DNA from: Eledone cirrhosa
Lineage: Eukaryota
Length of the DNA stretch: 64,000 bases
Direction: 5' to 3'
Assembly: GCA_964016885.1 (NCBI GenBank)
Contig: OZ024740.1
Span: forward strand, 233,368,001-233,432,000
The notes below the pieces were generated by a model, which did not search any database, had not been told where the DNA came from, and saw only the letters and a program-made list of their open reading frames with translations. The stretch's first letter is position 1, and each line of letters starts with the position of its first letter. Of the stretch, positions 25,490-40,968 are shown piece after piece. Both the position numbers and the translations under genes were made by a program.

Positions 25490-25732
25490 CACATTGGGTT
25501 GTGCCCCAGTCTTAAGGCAACTGTGGTTTGCAAAGTGTATGTATTGAGTGACAATAGGAAGTTAGATTTGCAGTTTGGATGGGGCTACGCATGTAAACTC
25601 GGATATTTGAATAGGTGTCGATAAAGAGTCGGGATGTGAGCCTGATCAATCCCGAGCTGATCGATATTGAAACAGTTGTAATATGCAATAAAGTTTCATA
25701 TCAAGCTGCAAATCTGACTTCCTATTGTTACA

Positions 25733-25817
<85 letters not shown>

Positions 25818-25823
25818 TATATG

Positions 25824-25868
<45 letters not shown>

Positions 25869-25987
25869 TCACACACACACATGTATATATATACACACAC
25901 ACACACCTACACACGCACACATATATATATATATATATATAGATAAAATAAATCAAAGAACGCCTACATACTTATACAATTTTTATT

Positions 25988-26034
25988 CGCTAACAATGTT
26001 TCATCCATACCGTGGGGCAGGAATCCTCAGAGCG
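25988..26034 (-). ncRNA. Type I hammerhead ribozyme motif
   Basis: cgct-CTGAGGA-ttcc..ggat-GAAA-cattg-TT-agcg. Confidence 0.75.
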
Positions 26035-27317
26035 TAATCAATAAAAATATAGTGCTGAATATAAGCTCTACCAAGCTCAGTCACCAGAATAGTAGAGAAA
26101 CAGTACAGGATAGCATGAGGGAGATTGGATATGAGAAGGATGGAGAGAATGCGTACTGGGTTTATTAGTCAACATTATAACAAAACATGATAATACAATA
26201 ACACAGGCAGATTTTTCCACAAGAGACTGAGGCATGTGAAGGCATACAAAAGCAATCATAAGCACTTAAATATAATTAAAAAATATATTAAAAAATGGTT
26301 TTAAGAAAAATAATTTTAAAATAATAATTAGAAATAATTAAAAATAATTAAAAAAACAATTAAAAAACTTTCGCCATTGTGACGAACTGTGAAGCGGCGG
26401 TGTTTATTTTTTGCGGAGCCGGGTTCTTGGATTGTTGCCGAGTACGGGAGCTGTCATGTATGACTAGTGTATACCTGTATGAGTACGACCTCAATTGATA
26501 GACTTGCTGTTGTGCCTGGTGGAATTAGGGACCTGATCTGAGCACTTTTATGTGATTTTCTGTGTTGTTTGTTGATCTACGTGCTGCGCGTGAGGGGTCA
26601 ACGAGAATTTACTGCTGCATGTAATAAGGCAATATTTGGACGCGTTTACGATTGGAATGCGGAGTGTGTTGTGTGTTACATATGATCATAGGAGGATTTG
26701 GAGTTTCGAGTGTATGAGGATTTAGATGTGTAAAATCAGCTTGTAACACAGTACCTTGTGCTGGTATATATTGGTGAACATATGAATACGGTTGGATTAC
26801 CATCTATGGACGATCTTCATTTGTCATGACCTCTCGCCGACCGGATTAACATCTACGGTTGATCCACATGTGTTATGACTTCTCACCATATATGCCTTAA
26901 ACAGTGACTAAACCACGTTTGTTGTGTTTTGATTGCTTCAGCTTCTTTTGATTGCTTCAGCTTGTTTTGAATGCCTCAGCTTGTTTATATATTAACCCCG
27001 CTTTGTCTGTGTTTGGCTCAAATCGGTGTGGTGCCTGTCCATGTGCAAGTTTAACACCTCTTGTCCACACAATTCCAGAACCTATTTCTATAACCTGTTT
27101 GCGCATACTATGGGGTGGGGGGGGGGATAAAATCCCCTTTAACCTTCTGGAGATACGTTATGGATTTCATAGTATTCCATGACTCAAAGTCATGGGAAAC
27201 TAAATCACCTGTCTTCTATAGTAATTATTGCTTATCCTCCTTTGTTGATTCTTCACATGCCTCAATTTATTTTTTCCTTTCCCCATTTGTTTAATTACTA
27301 TTATGTATTTTTTTAAT

Positions 27318-27450
27318 TACGTCCCTTTACGGACTGAGTTCAAATCCCGCCGAGGTTAACTTTGCCTTTCATCCCTACGGGGTCGATAAAATAAAGTACC
27401 AGTTATACCCTGTGATAATTGCTGGCCTTGTGCCTAAAGTAGAAAAAATT
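27318..27450 (+). mobile_element. 5'-truncated young SINE
   Basis: Consensus match; TSD attatgtatttttt. Confidence 0.88.
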
Positions 27451-27935
27451 ATGTATTTTTTAATTTTTAGGTTTAAAAATTTATTTAATTATTTTTAAAT
27501 ATTTTTACTTATATTTTTGTAATTTTTAAATGTTTTAATTCCTTTAAAAACAATTTTTTTAATGTTTTTAATTGTTTTTTAATTGTTTTTTTTATTTTTT
27601 CAATTATTTTGAATTACTTCCAATTATTTATAATTATTTTTAATTATTATTTTAAAATTATTTTTCTTAAAATCATTTTTTTATATTTTTTAAATTATCT
27701 TTAAGTGCTTATGATTGCTTTTGTATGCTTTCACATGCCTCAGTCTCTTGTGGGAAAATCTGCCTATGTTATTGTATTATAATGGTTTGTTATAATGTTG
27801 ACTAATAAACCCAGTACGCATTCTCTCCATCCTTCTCATATCCAATCTCCCTCATGCTATCCTGTACTGTTTCTCTACTGTTCTGGTGACTAAGCTTGGT
27901 AGAGCTTACATTCAGCACTATATTTTTATTGATTA

Positions 27936-27982
27936 CGCTCTGAGGATTCCTGCCCCGCGGTATGGATGAAACATTGTTAACG
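27936..27982 (+). ncRNA. Type I hammerhead ribozyme motif
   Basis: Inverted partner of 25988-26034 with one stem I mismatch. Confidence 0.7.
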
Positions 27983-28123
27983 AATAAAAATTGTATAATT
28001 ATGTAGGCGTTCTTTGATTTATTTTATCTAAAACGGCTCTGTTTCGTACATTGAGCTAATACGATACTGTCACAAATATGACACTGTGCAGGTGTGCTTA
28101 TGCACATATTCTCCGTTGTCTAC

Positions 28124-28165
<42 letters not shown>

Positions 28166-28540
28166 AGAGGGTAGGTTTGTTTAGAGGTAAAAAAAATGTT
28201 AAAGGCCTTTGTTCATATTTTACCTTGATCGATAATTGACTGGGGAGAATTAGCTATTGATTCCTTCTGTCTTTGACTTTAATTTCTCTGTATTGGCCTT
28301 GAAATGTGGTCGCATTGGTAGAGCGGTCAAGATAGGTAAGTCGTGATTTTGTCAATATATTTTGCAAATCTATGATTGCGTGGTTGATCTTTTTCGTACA
28401 TGTAGGTGTGTGTATATATTATTCAATCTTAATGTTGTTTTGAATTCGTGTGTATATATTATATTTATTTCATGTAAATAATGATACTATACTTTTTCGT
28501 CGCCTTTTGTTACCGTATTTTCTGATATTATATTTATATA

Positions 28541-28729
28541 GAGCGGTGGATTGGCAGTATCGGTAGAGGGTCAGATGCCATGCTTTCCAGCATAGTTACG
28601 TCCTTTTACGATCTGAGTTCAAATCCCGCCGAGGTTGACTTTGCCTTTCATCTTTACGGGGTCGATAAAAAAAAGTACCAGTAATGCACTGGGTATTTGC
28701 TGGCCTTGTGCCTAAAGTAGAAACAATTA
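28541..28729 (+). mobile_element. Full-length young SINE
   Basis: Consensus match; TSD attatatttatat. Confidence 0.92.
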
Positions 28730-29289
28730 TATTTATATCTATTTTGGAATCATTTCGCTTATTTCTTTATTAGATAGGGTATTTTCTTGATTATTATTAT
28801 TATTTTGGCTTTTATCAGTCACATGTATACTTACCCTAACCTCCAATACACAGATAACTCTCCATATGTATTATAGGTACCGGAAGTTGTATAATATAAA
28901 AGTGCTTTCATAACCTGACTTTCCTTAAACGTTAGAGTTGACGCACTAACACAAACACATAGTTTACATTTCTAACTCACTGCAATTCAAGTCAATATTG
29001 AGTTTGCAACGTAATAGACTGTTTACTGTTGATTCATTCGTTAGATCACTTTTCTGTGACCAACTGCAATTTTCATTGAAAAATCTCTTCCAATCGGCAC
29101 GTATATGCATGGCAGATAAAATATATATCTACTCCATAATCCGCCTGAAATGATATATAGAAATCATTTAATGATTAGAGCAATTTGTAAAATTATATCA
29201 TGGATACACGAAACATATATTATTAAGTATATAAACATCACATTTTACCAATTATAAAGTATAATATAATATATACTATATTTAAATCT

Positions 29290-29940
29290 TATATTTGTAC
29301 AAACAAACAAACCGAGCATTATAATAAATGTTCGGTAAACCGATACGTGCAGATGTATATGTGTGCATGTATGTATATATATACATACTACTGTACGTCT
29401 GTATACATATATGTATGTACGTATACATACATACATACTTACATTTAAGTAAGTGCCGTACTAAGAGGGAGAAATGAAATTTCGTTTCATTCTATTCCAT
29501 TTATCGTTTTCGGTGTGCCCGGCCGACTGAACTCACTCGATATGCAAATTAGGCTGCTCAGCCGTTAATATGCATAAGGAAAGTATATACTTTCAGACGT
29601 TCAAACATCTGGCAGGAAGGTATACGATGTTGACGATAGCTAATAAACTTGAAACTAGTACATCGTTCCTGTGTCAGTGTTGAACAAAAAGGTGACCTGG
29701 TTGCCTAAACACTGTACGGCGTAATTCGGGCTGTTTGTTTGTTTACAAACAACAAACCGAGCATTATAATAAATGTTCGGTAAACCGATACGTTCATATG
29801 TATATGTGTGCATGTATGTATATATATACATACTACTGTACGTCTGTATACATATATGTATGTACGTATACATACATACATATTTACATTTAAGTAAGTG
29901 CCGAACTAAGAGTGAGAAATGAATTTCGTTTCATTCTTTT
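29290..29940. repeat. Unclassified interspersed repeat in partial tandem
   Basis: 29295-29495 is repeated at 29740-29937; inverted homolog at 52165-52400; weak homolog near 43640-43765. Confidence 0.75.
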
Positions 29941-29959
29941 TTTTTTTTTTTTTTAGTAT

Positions 29960-30472
29960 ATGTTGAGTATGCAGATGTGGAGCACTCGATGAAGTACGCA
30001 GGTTGGTTTGTTTACTCCGGAGTAATGTAAAATAATTAAGTCAAATATGTTAAATTTGGCTTCGTTTAGTATAAATTATAGATATACTGCTATATATATT
30101 TCGGTGACAGCCATCATTGGCTGTGACCTCTTCAGTCAGTCCAAATTGGTGTGGGAAAGACAGGTATACATGTTGATGAAGTGTGTTTTACTCCGTCAAT
30201 ATATAGATATGTCCAGCTCCTGGTTGTGTTGTTATTCCTCTGAGGAACTGGAATCATTCCAGAGGAATAACAACACAACCAGGAGCTGGACATATCGATG
30301 TATTGACGGAGTAAAACACACTTCAACAACATGCGTACCTGTCTTTCCCACACCAATTCGGACTGCCTGAAGAGGTCACAGCCAATGATGGCTGTCATCG
30401 AAATATATATAGCAGTATATCTATAATTTATAATAAACGAAACCAAATTTTACATATTTGACTTAATTATTT
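29960..30472. mobile_element. Palindromic HHR element (two outward-facing ribozymes)
   Basis: Arms 30030-30245 and 30260-30472; HHRs at 30086-30140 (-) and 30362-30416 (+); tail hairpin 29981-30024. Confidence 0.85.
30362..30416 (+). ncRNA. Type I hammerhead ribozyme motif
   Basis: actgc-CTGAAGA-ggtcacagcca..tggctgtcatc-GAAA-tatata-TA-gcagt. Confidence 0.8.
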
Positions 30473-31848
30473 TATATATATATATATATGGGGTGTGTAA
30501 AATTCCAGAGATCCATGGACAATCCCGCGTCTCCCAGAGTCCAGTGAATGTCCTTAGAGCATCAACATGTCATCCTCGATCTCCCTCTTCCAGTGTGTCC
30601 GTATAGGATCTCCTACAGTACCACTGAGTGCAGTGTCAACTCTGAATGTCGGCGATAGCATGTCCAGATAACCTGTCTCCTCAGTGTCACTTTCGAGCTG
30701 ACATTTGGGAGGCTCCTGTACAGCTCTGATATATATTATGATCATTGGGGTTGACAAATTTCTTTGTTACAGGCAAAGAAATCATGACTGTATACGTCAC
30801 CTGTACATCGGACAGTATTCGACTTCTTGGCATTTACTTTCATTTTAATGTAGATTTTCATTGACGATTCTTTCCTTTCGATTTCATTCTGTTACACATT
30901 ACTGTCGGCCACATCCGACTGATTCAATTCTATATGAATGTTTTCAAATATGCGAAAATGCGAAAAAAAAAAATATATATATACCAGTATTTGACGATAT
31001 TTAATTGAAATCCGAAAAATTGCTCTGATGAATTTAAAAGACCAACAGCATTACAATACATACAACGAATTCGACAGCTTAAAATTATAATCTCCCATAG
31101 TCTGACTTCTAATAATTCAATCTCATTATCTGTTAACTTCATAAATAATTTCCCCACAAAATACTTCAGTTAGGAACGAACTGGAAATTTCCTAAGTTAT
31201 GCTAAAAGATTTTAAGATTTTAACCTAATATTGATATATTGACATCTTAAAGACATCTTAAAGACAATTATTTAAATATTTATTTCATACATATTCCAAA
31301 AGCAAAATTCAGAGAAATTTGATTTTTAAATAGATTTGAAAATTCCATTTCAGGAAAATATATAATACCAATGCAAATTTGTGATACTCGACTTTGATAT
31401 AGAAGAATAAAAATCAAAATTAATTTATATTTTATCAACACTAAATTAGCAATCTATTTAGATTTGAACATTTGATTTCTTGGAGTTTTGTTTTCTTTAA
31501 AAACTATATCATTCTGTGACATTTCAGTAACAATCGGGATAAGTTATTAACTTAGATGCTGCACTGCAACTGATCACCACAGCTGGGACAGTTCCAACCA
31601 GTTGAAACGTATGGTAAGCCTAGTAATTGTGTATATAAAGACTACAGTATCCAATACATTGTTTCTCTCAAATGGTTGACGGCCCGTGTGACAGCATACA
31701 GGCTACCTCGTTGGTCGGATAATCTTTCTGTTGTTAGGTAAGGTATGACTAAGCATAAATCAAATCTGAGCACATGTAGGCGAATAACTTCGCTTAGACC
31801 CAGAAATTGACGAACACACACTCACACACACACCAACATACATATATT

Positions 31849-31928
<80 letters not shown>

Positions 31929-31930
31929 CG

Positions 31931-31991
<61 letters not shown>

Positions 31992-32019
31992 GATTGGTGC
32001 TCTGAAATAGCGATGTATA

Positions 32020-32508
32020 CATGAATGTATGTATAGTATATTTGACAATATACCGTTTGTTTAATTAAAAACATTTTGAAGACCTTACGCTATCAGTTTT
32101 AAAGTAGTGACTATGTCACTTACTTCTTTTCTTCGGCGAGAGAAGGGAGAGAAGCTAACAAACTGTCTGTTGGCGATCATCAGAGCAACGTACTCCCCGC
32201 TTTCACCGAAGATTATAAAAGCTGGATTCTTATAGAATTCGAGTAATAATCAGGAGCTGAGTATACAGAGCGATTGCCGGTCCAGCAAAAATTAGGTATT
32301 AGGATTGGTGCTCTGAAACATTCATGTATACAGCTCTGATGATCGCCAACAGCGTGAAACAGACAGTCTGTTAGCTTCTCTCTCTTCTTTCGCCGAAGAA
32401 AAGAAGTAAGTGACATAGTCACTACTTTAAAACTGATGGCGTATGGTCTTCAAAATGTTTTTAATTGCGCATAAGGTATATTGCCAAATATACTATACAT
32501 ACATTCAT
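32020..32508. mobile_element. Inverted-repeat HHR element
   Basis: Arms 32020-32187 and 32332-32508; the left arm has lost the GAAA segment. Confidence 0.75.
32332..32376 (+). ncRNA. Type I hammerhead ribozyme with a full stem III
   Basis: agct-CTGATGA-tcgc caaca gcgt-GAAA-caga cag tctg-TT-agct. Confidence 0.85.
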
Positions 32509-33011
32509 ATACATATATATATATATTATACGGTTACTTACATATATGTGCCATTGTCCTATGTTCACCCTTCTATCGGTATTTTTACTTCGTTTTTTTT
32601 TTCCTTTTTTCCGTTTTTTATCTTTTTCCCTTTTACTTTCTTCCTCTATCTTCACTATCACTTCTTTCCCTCATGGCCTTTTGATGGATAAATAGCCTTG
32701 GGCGCGCTACGGATCGATGTTCTGTTTTAATCGCCGAAACCTCTAAGATCCGTAGTAAACAGCTGACGAACGGAAATTTTTCTTCTCATGTTTACGTTCC
32801 GATTACCTTCTAACACTATATAACTTTTCATTCTATGTAGTTAACCATAATGCATTAGTATAAAAGCACTCAACGTTACGCAACTCAATTACCTTCATTT
32901 CAGTCGGGGGCAATAATTCTAAGGGATCGGACGTAGGCTGCCCCCCGAGTATTTTGACCTTTATGTACATAACCTGTGTTTACTATATTTTCTTTATAAC
33001 TGTTATGCAAT

Positions 33012-33063
33012 GCACCTGATGATTTCACTGCAATCTTACTTGTCATTGAAATATATATAGTGC
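33012..33063 (+). ncRNA. Type I hammerhead ribozyme motif
   Basis: gcac-CTGATGA-..-GAAA-tatata-TA-gtgc; weak stem II. Confidence 0.7.
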
Positions 33064-33309
33064 CTGTAGAATAGAAACTTTAAAGGAATTTCAAATTTTC
33101 TGCCTTCTGTCGATTTATTCAACTATATATATATATATATATATGATGGCTGAACCCTCGTTATCATGTATGGCCATTGCACAATAATTCGATTATTAAT
33201 AATTATTAGTTCATTCTACCGTGCAAAGCCTGTGCGTGAACATTTTTTTTAAAGTGAAGAAAGACTGTGCACTGAGCCAATCTCAATCTCTGAGCGACAG
33301 TAGGTATAT

Positions 33310-33657
33310 ATTTATCTGTCGGGCGCCATTCGACGCCGCTGGTCACAGCACGGGCTGTTTTAGCCATATGATGACGCCATCCCACTTGCTGGGCGGGCAG
33401 GCCGTAAGTCTAATGTCTGTCTTAAGCCAGAAGACTCATTTGGCCGGTGCTTATCCCGGCTTCATGGCGTGAAGCGACTGAGAGCAGGGTTAAACCTCCA
33501 GCTATTGCTGGTACTCATTTTCAGCTGAGTAAACTGGAGCAACGTAAAATAAAGTGTCTTACTCAAGGAAACAACACATCATCCGGTCCGAGAATTGAAC
33601 TCACAACCTTTCGATTGCAAGCCTAATGCTCTAACCACTAAGCCATGCACCTTCACA
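33310..33657 (-). mobile_element. Older tRNA-derived SINE (CORE-like)
   Basis: Minus strand gtgcatggcttagtggttagagc (A-box)...gagttcaattctc (B-box), ccttgagtaagacacttta block. Confidence 0.75.
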
Positions 33658-33835
33658 ATTTAGTGAAATCCAGGGAAAAATCAATAAAGCCTTAACTCAG
33701 AATAAATTAAAGTTTAAAATACTCATCCTTCAATATGGAAAAACTACAAATGCTCTGTATGGTCTTAAAAAAGACCATTTCACGAAACGTTCAGAGCAAC
33801 GTGTGTTTGTATATATATATATATATATATATATA

Positions 33836-34249
33836 TGTAGGAGGTGAGTTTTATTGTAGTACAATAAAGCAATGCAGATATCGGATAAGAAGCACTCTAC
33901 AGTTTGTAGGACTGGAGTATACATAATATAAGATCAAAAGATGGTTAAAGGAGTTCCATGTATTTTATTATGCGCATTTCAAAAACAAACAACATCATGC
34001 AATAATATTTGTGTTTTCATCAGATAAAACAGGAGAACATGATATGAAGGCTAAAAAAACTTGTGGATAGTGCAGTTTTAAATCAACATATGTTGATTTA
34101 AAACTGCACTATCCACAAGTGTTTTTTAGCCTTCATATCATGTTCTCCTGTTTTATCTGATGAAAACACAAATATTATTGCATGATGATGTTTGTTTTTG
34201 AAATGCGCATAATAAAATACATGGAACTCCTTTAACCATCTTTTGATCT

Positions 34250-34255
<6 letters not shown>
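33836..34255. mobile_element. Palindromic HHR element in (TA)n
   Basis: Near-perfect palindrome centred at ~34090; HHRs 33963-34029 (-) and 34151-34217 (+): ttttat-CTGATGA-aaa..ttt-GAAA-tgcgca-TA-ataaaa; relatives at 47325-47515 and 49505-49790. Confidence 0.85.
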
Positions 34256-35675
<1,420 letters not shown>

Positions 35676-36628
35676 CGTTTCTGAATTTGTTTAGCAAGAT
35701 TCTTTATCTGAAATCGTGTGTTGAAACCGATATTGTTATACTTTGGGAGGGTCATGTTGCCAATAAGAAACACACGCACCAGTTGCTTTCACTTCAATTT
35801 AATTTAATATATATTTATAAATTTACAAATTTATAAATTTCTGGTTGGTTGGTTGGTTCCACAACCAGATAGTTGTTTATATATATATAGTCATAGTTCT
35901 TTCGTCACACACTCTGTGACCTCTTCAGTGACTGGGGATTTCTTTCTTCGTTTCTGTGCCTTTCCTTTCTTCTATCCTACGCCATTTTGTTTGTGTGTGG
36001 GTTGCGTGCTCAGTTTGCGCATGCGCCACATCCGGGTGTCTGTGTGTGTTTGTGTTCATTTTTCTATTTTTCTATTTATATTTGTTTGTTTATTTATTTA
36101 TTTATTGTTGGTTGGTTGTTTGTTCTATGTGTGTGTGTGTTTTCATTTTGTCTTGTGTGTGTTTTCATTTTGTGTGTGTTTTCAATTGTAAGTTGTTTAT
36201 ATATGTGTGTGTGTGTTTTCATTTTGTCCTTAATTGTAAGTTGTGATGTTGCTGTTCCACTCATATTTTCTATTTAATTTTGGTTTTAATTCTTTTATGC
36301 TTACTGCCTCTGTAATTTGCCTAAATTTTAGGCAAATTACAGAGCCAATTACAGAGGCAGTAAGCATAAAAGAATTAAAACCAAAATTAAATAGAAAATA
36401 TGAGTGGAACAGCAACATCACAACTTACAATTAAGGACAAAATGAAAACACACACACACATATATAAACAACTTACAATTGAAAACACACACAAAATGAA
36501 AACACACACAAGACAAAATGAAAACACACACACACATAGAACAAACAACCAACCAACAATAAATAAATAAATAAACAAACAAATATAAATAGAAAAATAG
36601 AAAAATGAACACAAACACACACAGACAC

Positions 36629-36684
36629 CCGGATGTGGCGCATGCGCAAACTGAGCACGCAACCCACACACAAACAAAATGGCG
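36629..36684 (+). promoter_or_regulatory. Putative Pol II promoter cassette (ETS, NRF1, YY1 motifs), mirrored at ~35980-36035
   Basis: CCGGATGT, GCGCATGCGC and CAAAATGGCG within 56 bp, ~45 nt upstream of the HHR. Confidence 0.45.
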
Positions 36685-36730
36685 TAGGATAGAAGAAAGG
36701 AAAGGCACAGAAACGAAGAAAGAAATCCCC

Positions 36731-36775
36731 AGTCACTGAAGAGGTCACAGAGTGTGTGACGAAAGAACTATGACT
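36731..36775 (+). ncRNA. Type I hammerhead ribozyme motif
   Basis: agtca-CTGAAGA-g gtcaca gagtg tgtgac-GAAA-gaac-TA-tgact. Confidence 0.85.
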
Positions 36776-36926
36776 ATATATATATAAACAACTATCTGGT
36801 TGTGGAACCAACCAACCAACCAGAAATTTATAAATTTGTAAATTTATAAATATATATTAAATTAAATTGAAGTGAAAGCAACTGGTGCGTGTGTTTCTTA
36901 TTGGCAACATGACCCTCCCAAAGTAT

Positions 36927-36985
<59 letters not shown>

Positions 36986-37222
36986 AATAAAAAGTATAGA
37001 AATGATTGTGAGCAAGAAGCCAACAGTATTTCATAATATATAAGATAAGTGACTATAGCGTCAAAATGGAAAAATAGTTAACGTAAGATGTGGGAAAATA
37101 ATTCAAACTCAATTCAAAAAGAATAAGTATCTCTTACTGGTAATAAGGTAGTAATAAATTACTGACCTTCCCTGTTTATAGTTGTTTATAGTATAGTATA
37201 TACATAACTATAAATATTATCT

Positions 37223-37260
<38 letters not shown>

Positions 37261-37509
37261 GATTCTCTGAATTTAGAATATTTTGATAAGCGAAACCGTC
37301 GGTAACAGCATTAGAACAGGTGAATATTTAAATCGTATTTGAATTTATTTAAAAGATTGTTTAATGTTTGCTTATTCCGCTCATTTTTATAGTTCTGGTA
37401 TCTCAAATTAGTACCATTGAACAGCAATTATTATAGACACCATATATATTTCCGTAGGTACTTAGTACCTGTTGGAATATTTATCTCATTATATATATAT
37501 ATATATATA

Positions 37510-39685
37510 CAGTGGTATCTTGACTTATGAGTGTCCCAACTAACGAGCTTTTCGAGATACGAGTCGTCTCTCGGCCGATTTTTTTTTTGCTTTGAGTTGC
37601 GAGCTAAAATTCGGGTTACGAGCCAGCTTCAGATGTCCTTCTGCTAGTTGGCTTAGCGACCGCCACAGTGAACGCCGTAACATCCACTCAGCATCCCATA
37701 GGTCCGAAGAAAATGAACGCGAAGGACAGTGTTGAGAAGAAGAAGCGGATGATGTGCATTAAATTAAAGAAAGAAATTATCGAAAAATGAATATGGTATG
37801 CGTGTAGTCGACTTGGCGAAGCAGAACGAGTGTATTACTTTTACGATCTGCACAATACTGAAGCAGAACGAGACGATAAAGGCTATAACCCCAGCCAAGG
37901 GAGTTAAAATAATTTCTAAACAGCGGACGTCTATCCATGAAAATATGGAAAAGCTGCTGATAGTGTGGTGACGGAGAAGCAGCTCTCAGGAGATACCGTG
38001 ACGGAGATTATAATCTGCGTGAAGGCACGAGCTATTTACGCTGATTTGCTGCAGCAGACCCCAGGTACTTTGACGGACGCGGCATCGAGCAAACCGTTTA
38101 AAGCCAGTCGGGGCTGATTCCAGAATTTTAAAAAGAGGACCTGCATTCTCCCCGTTGTCAGGCATGGTGAGGCAGTGAGTGCGGATATGAAATCAGCTGA
38201 GGATTACTTCAAAACGTTTGCAGGAATTATAGCAGCCAAAGGATACATCCCTCAGCATGTATTCAACTGTGACGAGACAGGACTATTTTGGAAGAAGATG
38301 CCAAGGAGAACTTATATAACAGCAGTAGAGAAGAGGATACCAGGCCACAAACCACGAAGGATAGGTTAACCCTCACACTGTGTGCCAATGCGAGCGGCAA
38401 CAGCAAAAGTAAGCCGCTGCTCGTTTATCATTCGGAAAACCCCAGAGCCTTTAAGTCACATAAGATTCTGAAAGATAAAACTGCAGGCTGTGTGCAGGGC
38501 AAACCCGAGTGTGTGGGTCACTAGTCAGTTCTTTGTGGAGTGGCTAATTTTGGTCTTTGGTCCTGGCGTTAAGAAATATCTCCAGTAAAATAACCTACCC
38601 CTGCAAGCCCTTTTCGTCCTGGACAATGCACCTGCTCACTCACCTAATCTCAAAGAGTTAAAGTTTATAAAGGTTCTCTACCTTCCACCCAACACCACCC
38701 CTATCTTGCAGCCCACGGACCACTAGGTGATTTCTAATATCAAGAAGCTTTTCACCAAGCACTTGTTCCGCCGCTGCTTTGAGGTGACGGAGAGCACAAA
38801 CCTTTTCATTCGAGAGTTCTGGAAAGACCACTATAACATCGTGATATGCCTCAGAATTATTATCAATATGGCCTGGCAGGGTGTTACAAAGAGGACCTTG
38901 ACCTTTGCGTAGAAGAAGCTGTAACCTGAGGTTGTGTTTGAAACGGACTTTGAAAGACTCGAACCCGAAGCGGCAGTGATGTATCCCTCGACAAGTCCAA
39001 GAACCTGGACATAGATGAAGGTGACATCAACGAGCTCATCGAGGAGCACTCCGAGGAAATGACAACGAAGGAGCTAAAGGAGCTAGAGACGCAGCAGCAG
39101 ACGGAGGTTTTGCAGGAAATAGGTGACACGGAGGAGGTTATCTCTACAAGTGAGATAAAGGAAATATTGGGAATGTGGGAGAAACTTTCAGACTTTATTC
39201 AAAGAAACACCCAGAAAAACTTGCAACTTTTGCCTAATTCATTTCAGAAACATTCTGAGGGGGGTGGGGGTGAAACAAACCTCATTATACAGGTTTTTAT
39301 CGAAAACTCCTGCAGATTAAAGTGAGGAAAGCGTGGCGAAAAGGGGAAAAAGCAGCGAATAAGATTCAGTTATTTTGTTGAGCCTTTCTCCTCCACCTCC
39401 GTCAATATCCTCCAAGGTAGATGCTGTACATTATACTTAATAAAATCAGTTTAGTGCAACACATTCTATGGTATTAATTTGTATACAATATTCGTTATTT
39501 ATAAGTACATTTTTTTATTTAAAAACACATACAAAAAATAATAATAATTGCGGTGGTTTTTGAGGCCCCGGAACAGATTAATGGCATTTCACTTCATTCC
39601 AATAGGGAAAATTGATTTGACATACGAGTAATTTGAGTTACGAGCTCCGTCACCACGGAATTAAACTCGTAAGTCAAGGTACCCG
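37510..39685 (+). mobile_element. Tigger/pogo-family DNA transposon, full length, transposase pseudogenised
   Basis: TIRs cagtggtatcttgacttatgagt / actcgtaagtcaaggtacccg in TA context; FKASRG*F, VFNCDETGLFWKKMPRRTYI, KPLLVYHSENPRAFK, LDNAPAH, LPPNTT.ILQP.D. Confidence 0.92.
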
Positions 39686-39689
39686 ATAA

Positions 39690-40129
<440 letters not shown>

Positions 40130-40145
40130 ACGATATTGTTGGGCA

Positions 40146-40267
40146 TCCACTGATGATTTATAAGTGCCCACATGCATATATTCTTATGGACTATGTGTAG
40201 GCTTCTACATAACCTGGACATTAATTTCCCAACTTGTAGAAAATTTATAATGAAACAATCGTTTGGA
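40146..40267 (+). ncRNA. Type I hammerhead motif with long stem II
   Basis: tcca-CTGATGA-tttataa..(~85 nt)..ttataat-GAAA-caatcg-TT-tgga. Confidence 0.65.
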
Positions 40268-40443
40268 AAGAGGGATGTATTTAATTATGTCTCATATAAA
40301 ATAATACAACTGGCTATCCGCAAAATACGTATAGTTAGCACCCCAAACGTGTAATTGGGATTATACTAAGGTATATCCTAATGTTTATTGAGTGAGACGG
40401 AAGTCGGTCGGAGTAATGCTTATAGCTTTCTCTGTTAATGTAT

Positions 40444-40513
<70 letters not shown>

Positions 40514-40569
40514 TTCTATCCACTGGTGAACCACCAACTTCAATCTATACACATACATATGATATTTTG

Positions 40570-40968
40570 TTGGGATACAACAAGCAAAATATTTTTATAA
40601 CTGATATAAAGCACTCAACAAGTTATTGGAGTAAATATACAATATATTAACAAATGGAAACTATATTTATAAAACCATATTTATTTCATTATACATATTT
40701 CAAGGGCCACCAAGACAAACTATGGTGCGCTTTCATCAGATAAAATATAATATAGGTTAGTTTTATAAATAAATATTGACTATCCAGGAAATTCCAACCA
40801 GAATGGTTGCATTTTTTCAGGGTATGTCAATATTTATTTATAAAACTAACCTATATTATATTTTATCTGATGAAAGCGCACCATAGTTTGCCTTGGTGGC
40901 CCTTGAAATATGTATAATGAAATAAATATGGTTTTATAAATATAGTTTCCATTTGTTAATATATTGTG
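40570..40968. mobile_element. Inverted-repeat HHR element
   Basis: HHRs 40684-40745 (-) and 40861-40922 (+): ttttat-CTGATGA-aag..ctt-GAAA-tatgta-TA-atgaaa; tail hairpin 40610-40633. Confidence 0.85.

Larger units (their letters stand above)
25940..28125. mobile_element. HHR element with ~430-bp inverted arms around a 1.2-kb spacer
   Basis: Arms 25940-26365 and ~27590-28030; tail 28030-28125; diverged homolog on the minus strand at 42025-42790. Confidence 0.8.

Noticed and set aside
30490-30760. Possible LINE 3' fragment on the minus strand
   Set aside because: Only vague similarity; the clade cannot be supported.
30780-31450. Possible decayed hAT transposase C-terminus; CTGATGA at 31026
   Set aside because: Similarity is too weak to call by eye, and no matching GAAA/stem I supports a ribozyme.
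32730-32780. GAAA..TA..CTGACGA permuted hammerhead candidate
   Set aside because: Neither stem I nor stem II pairs.
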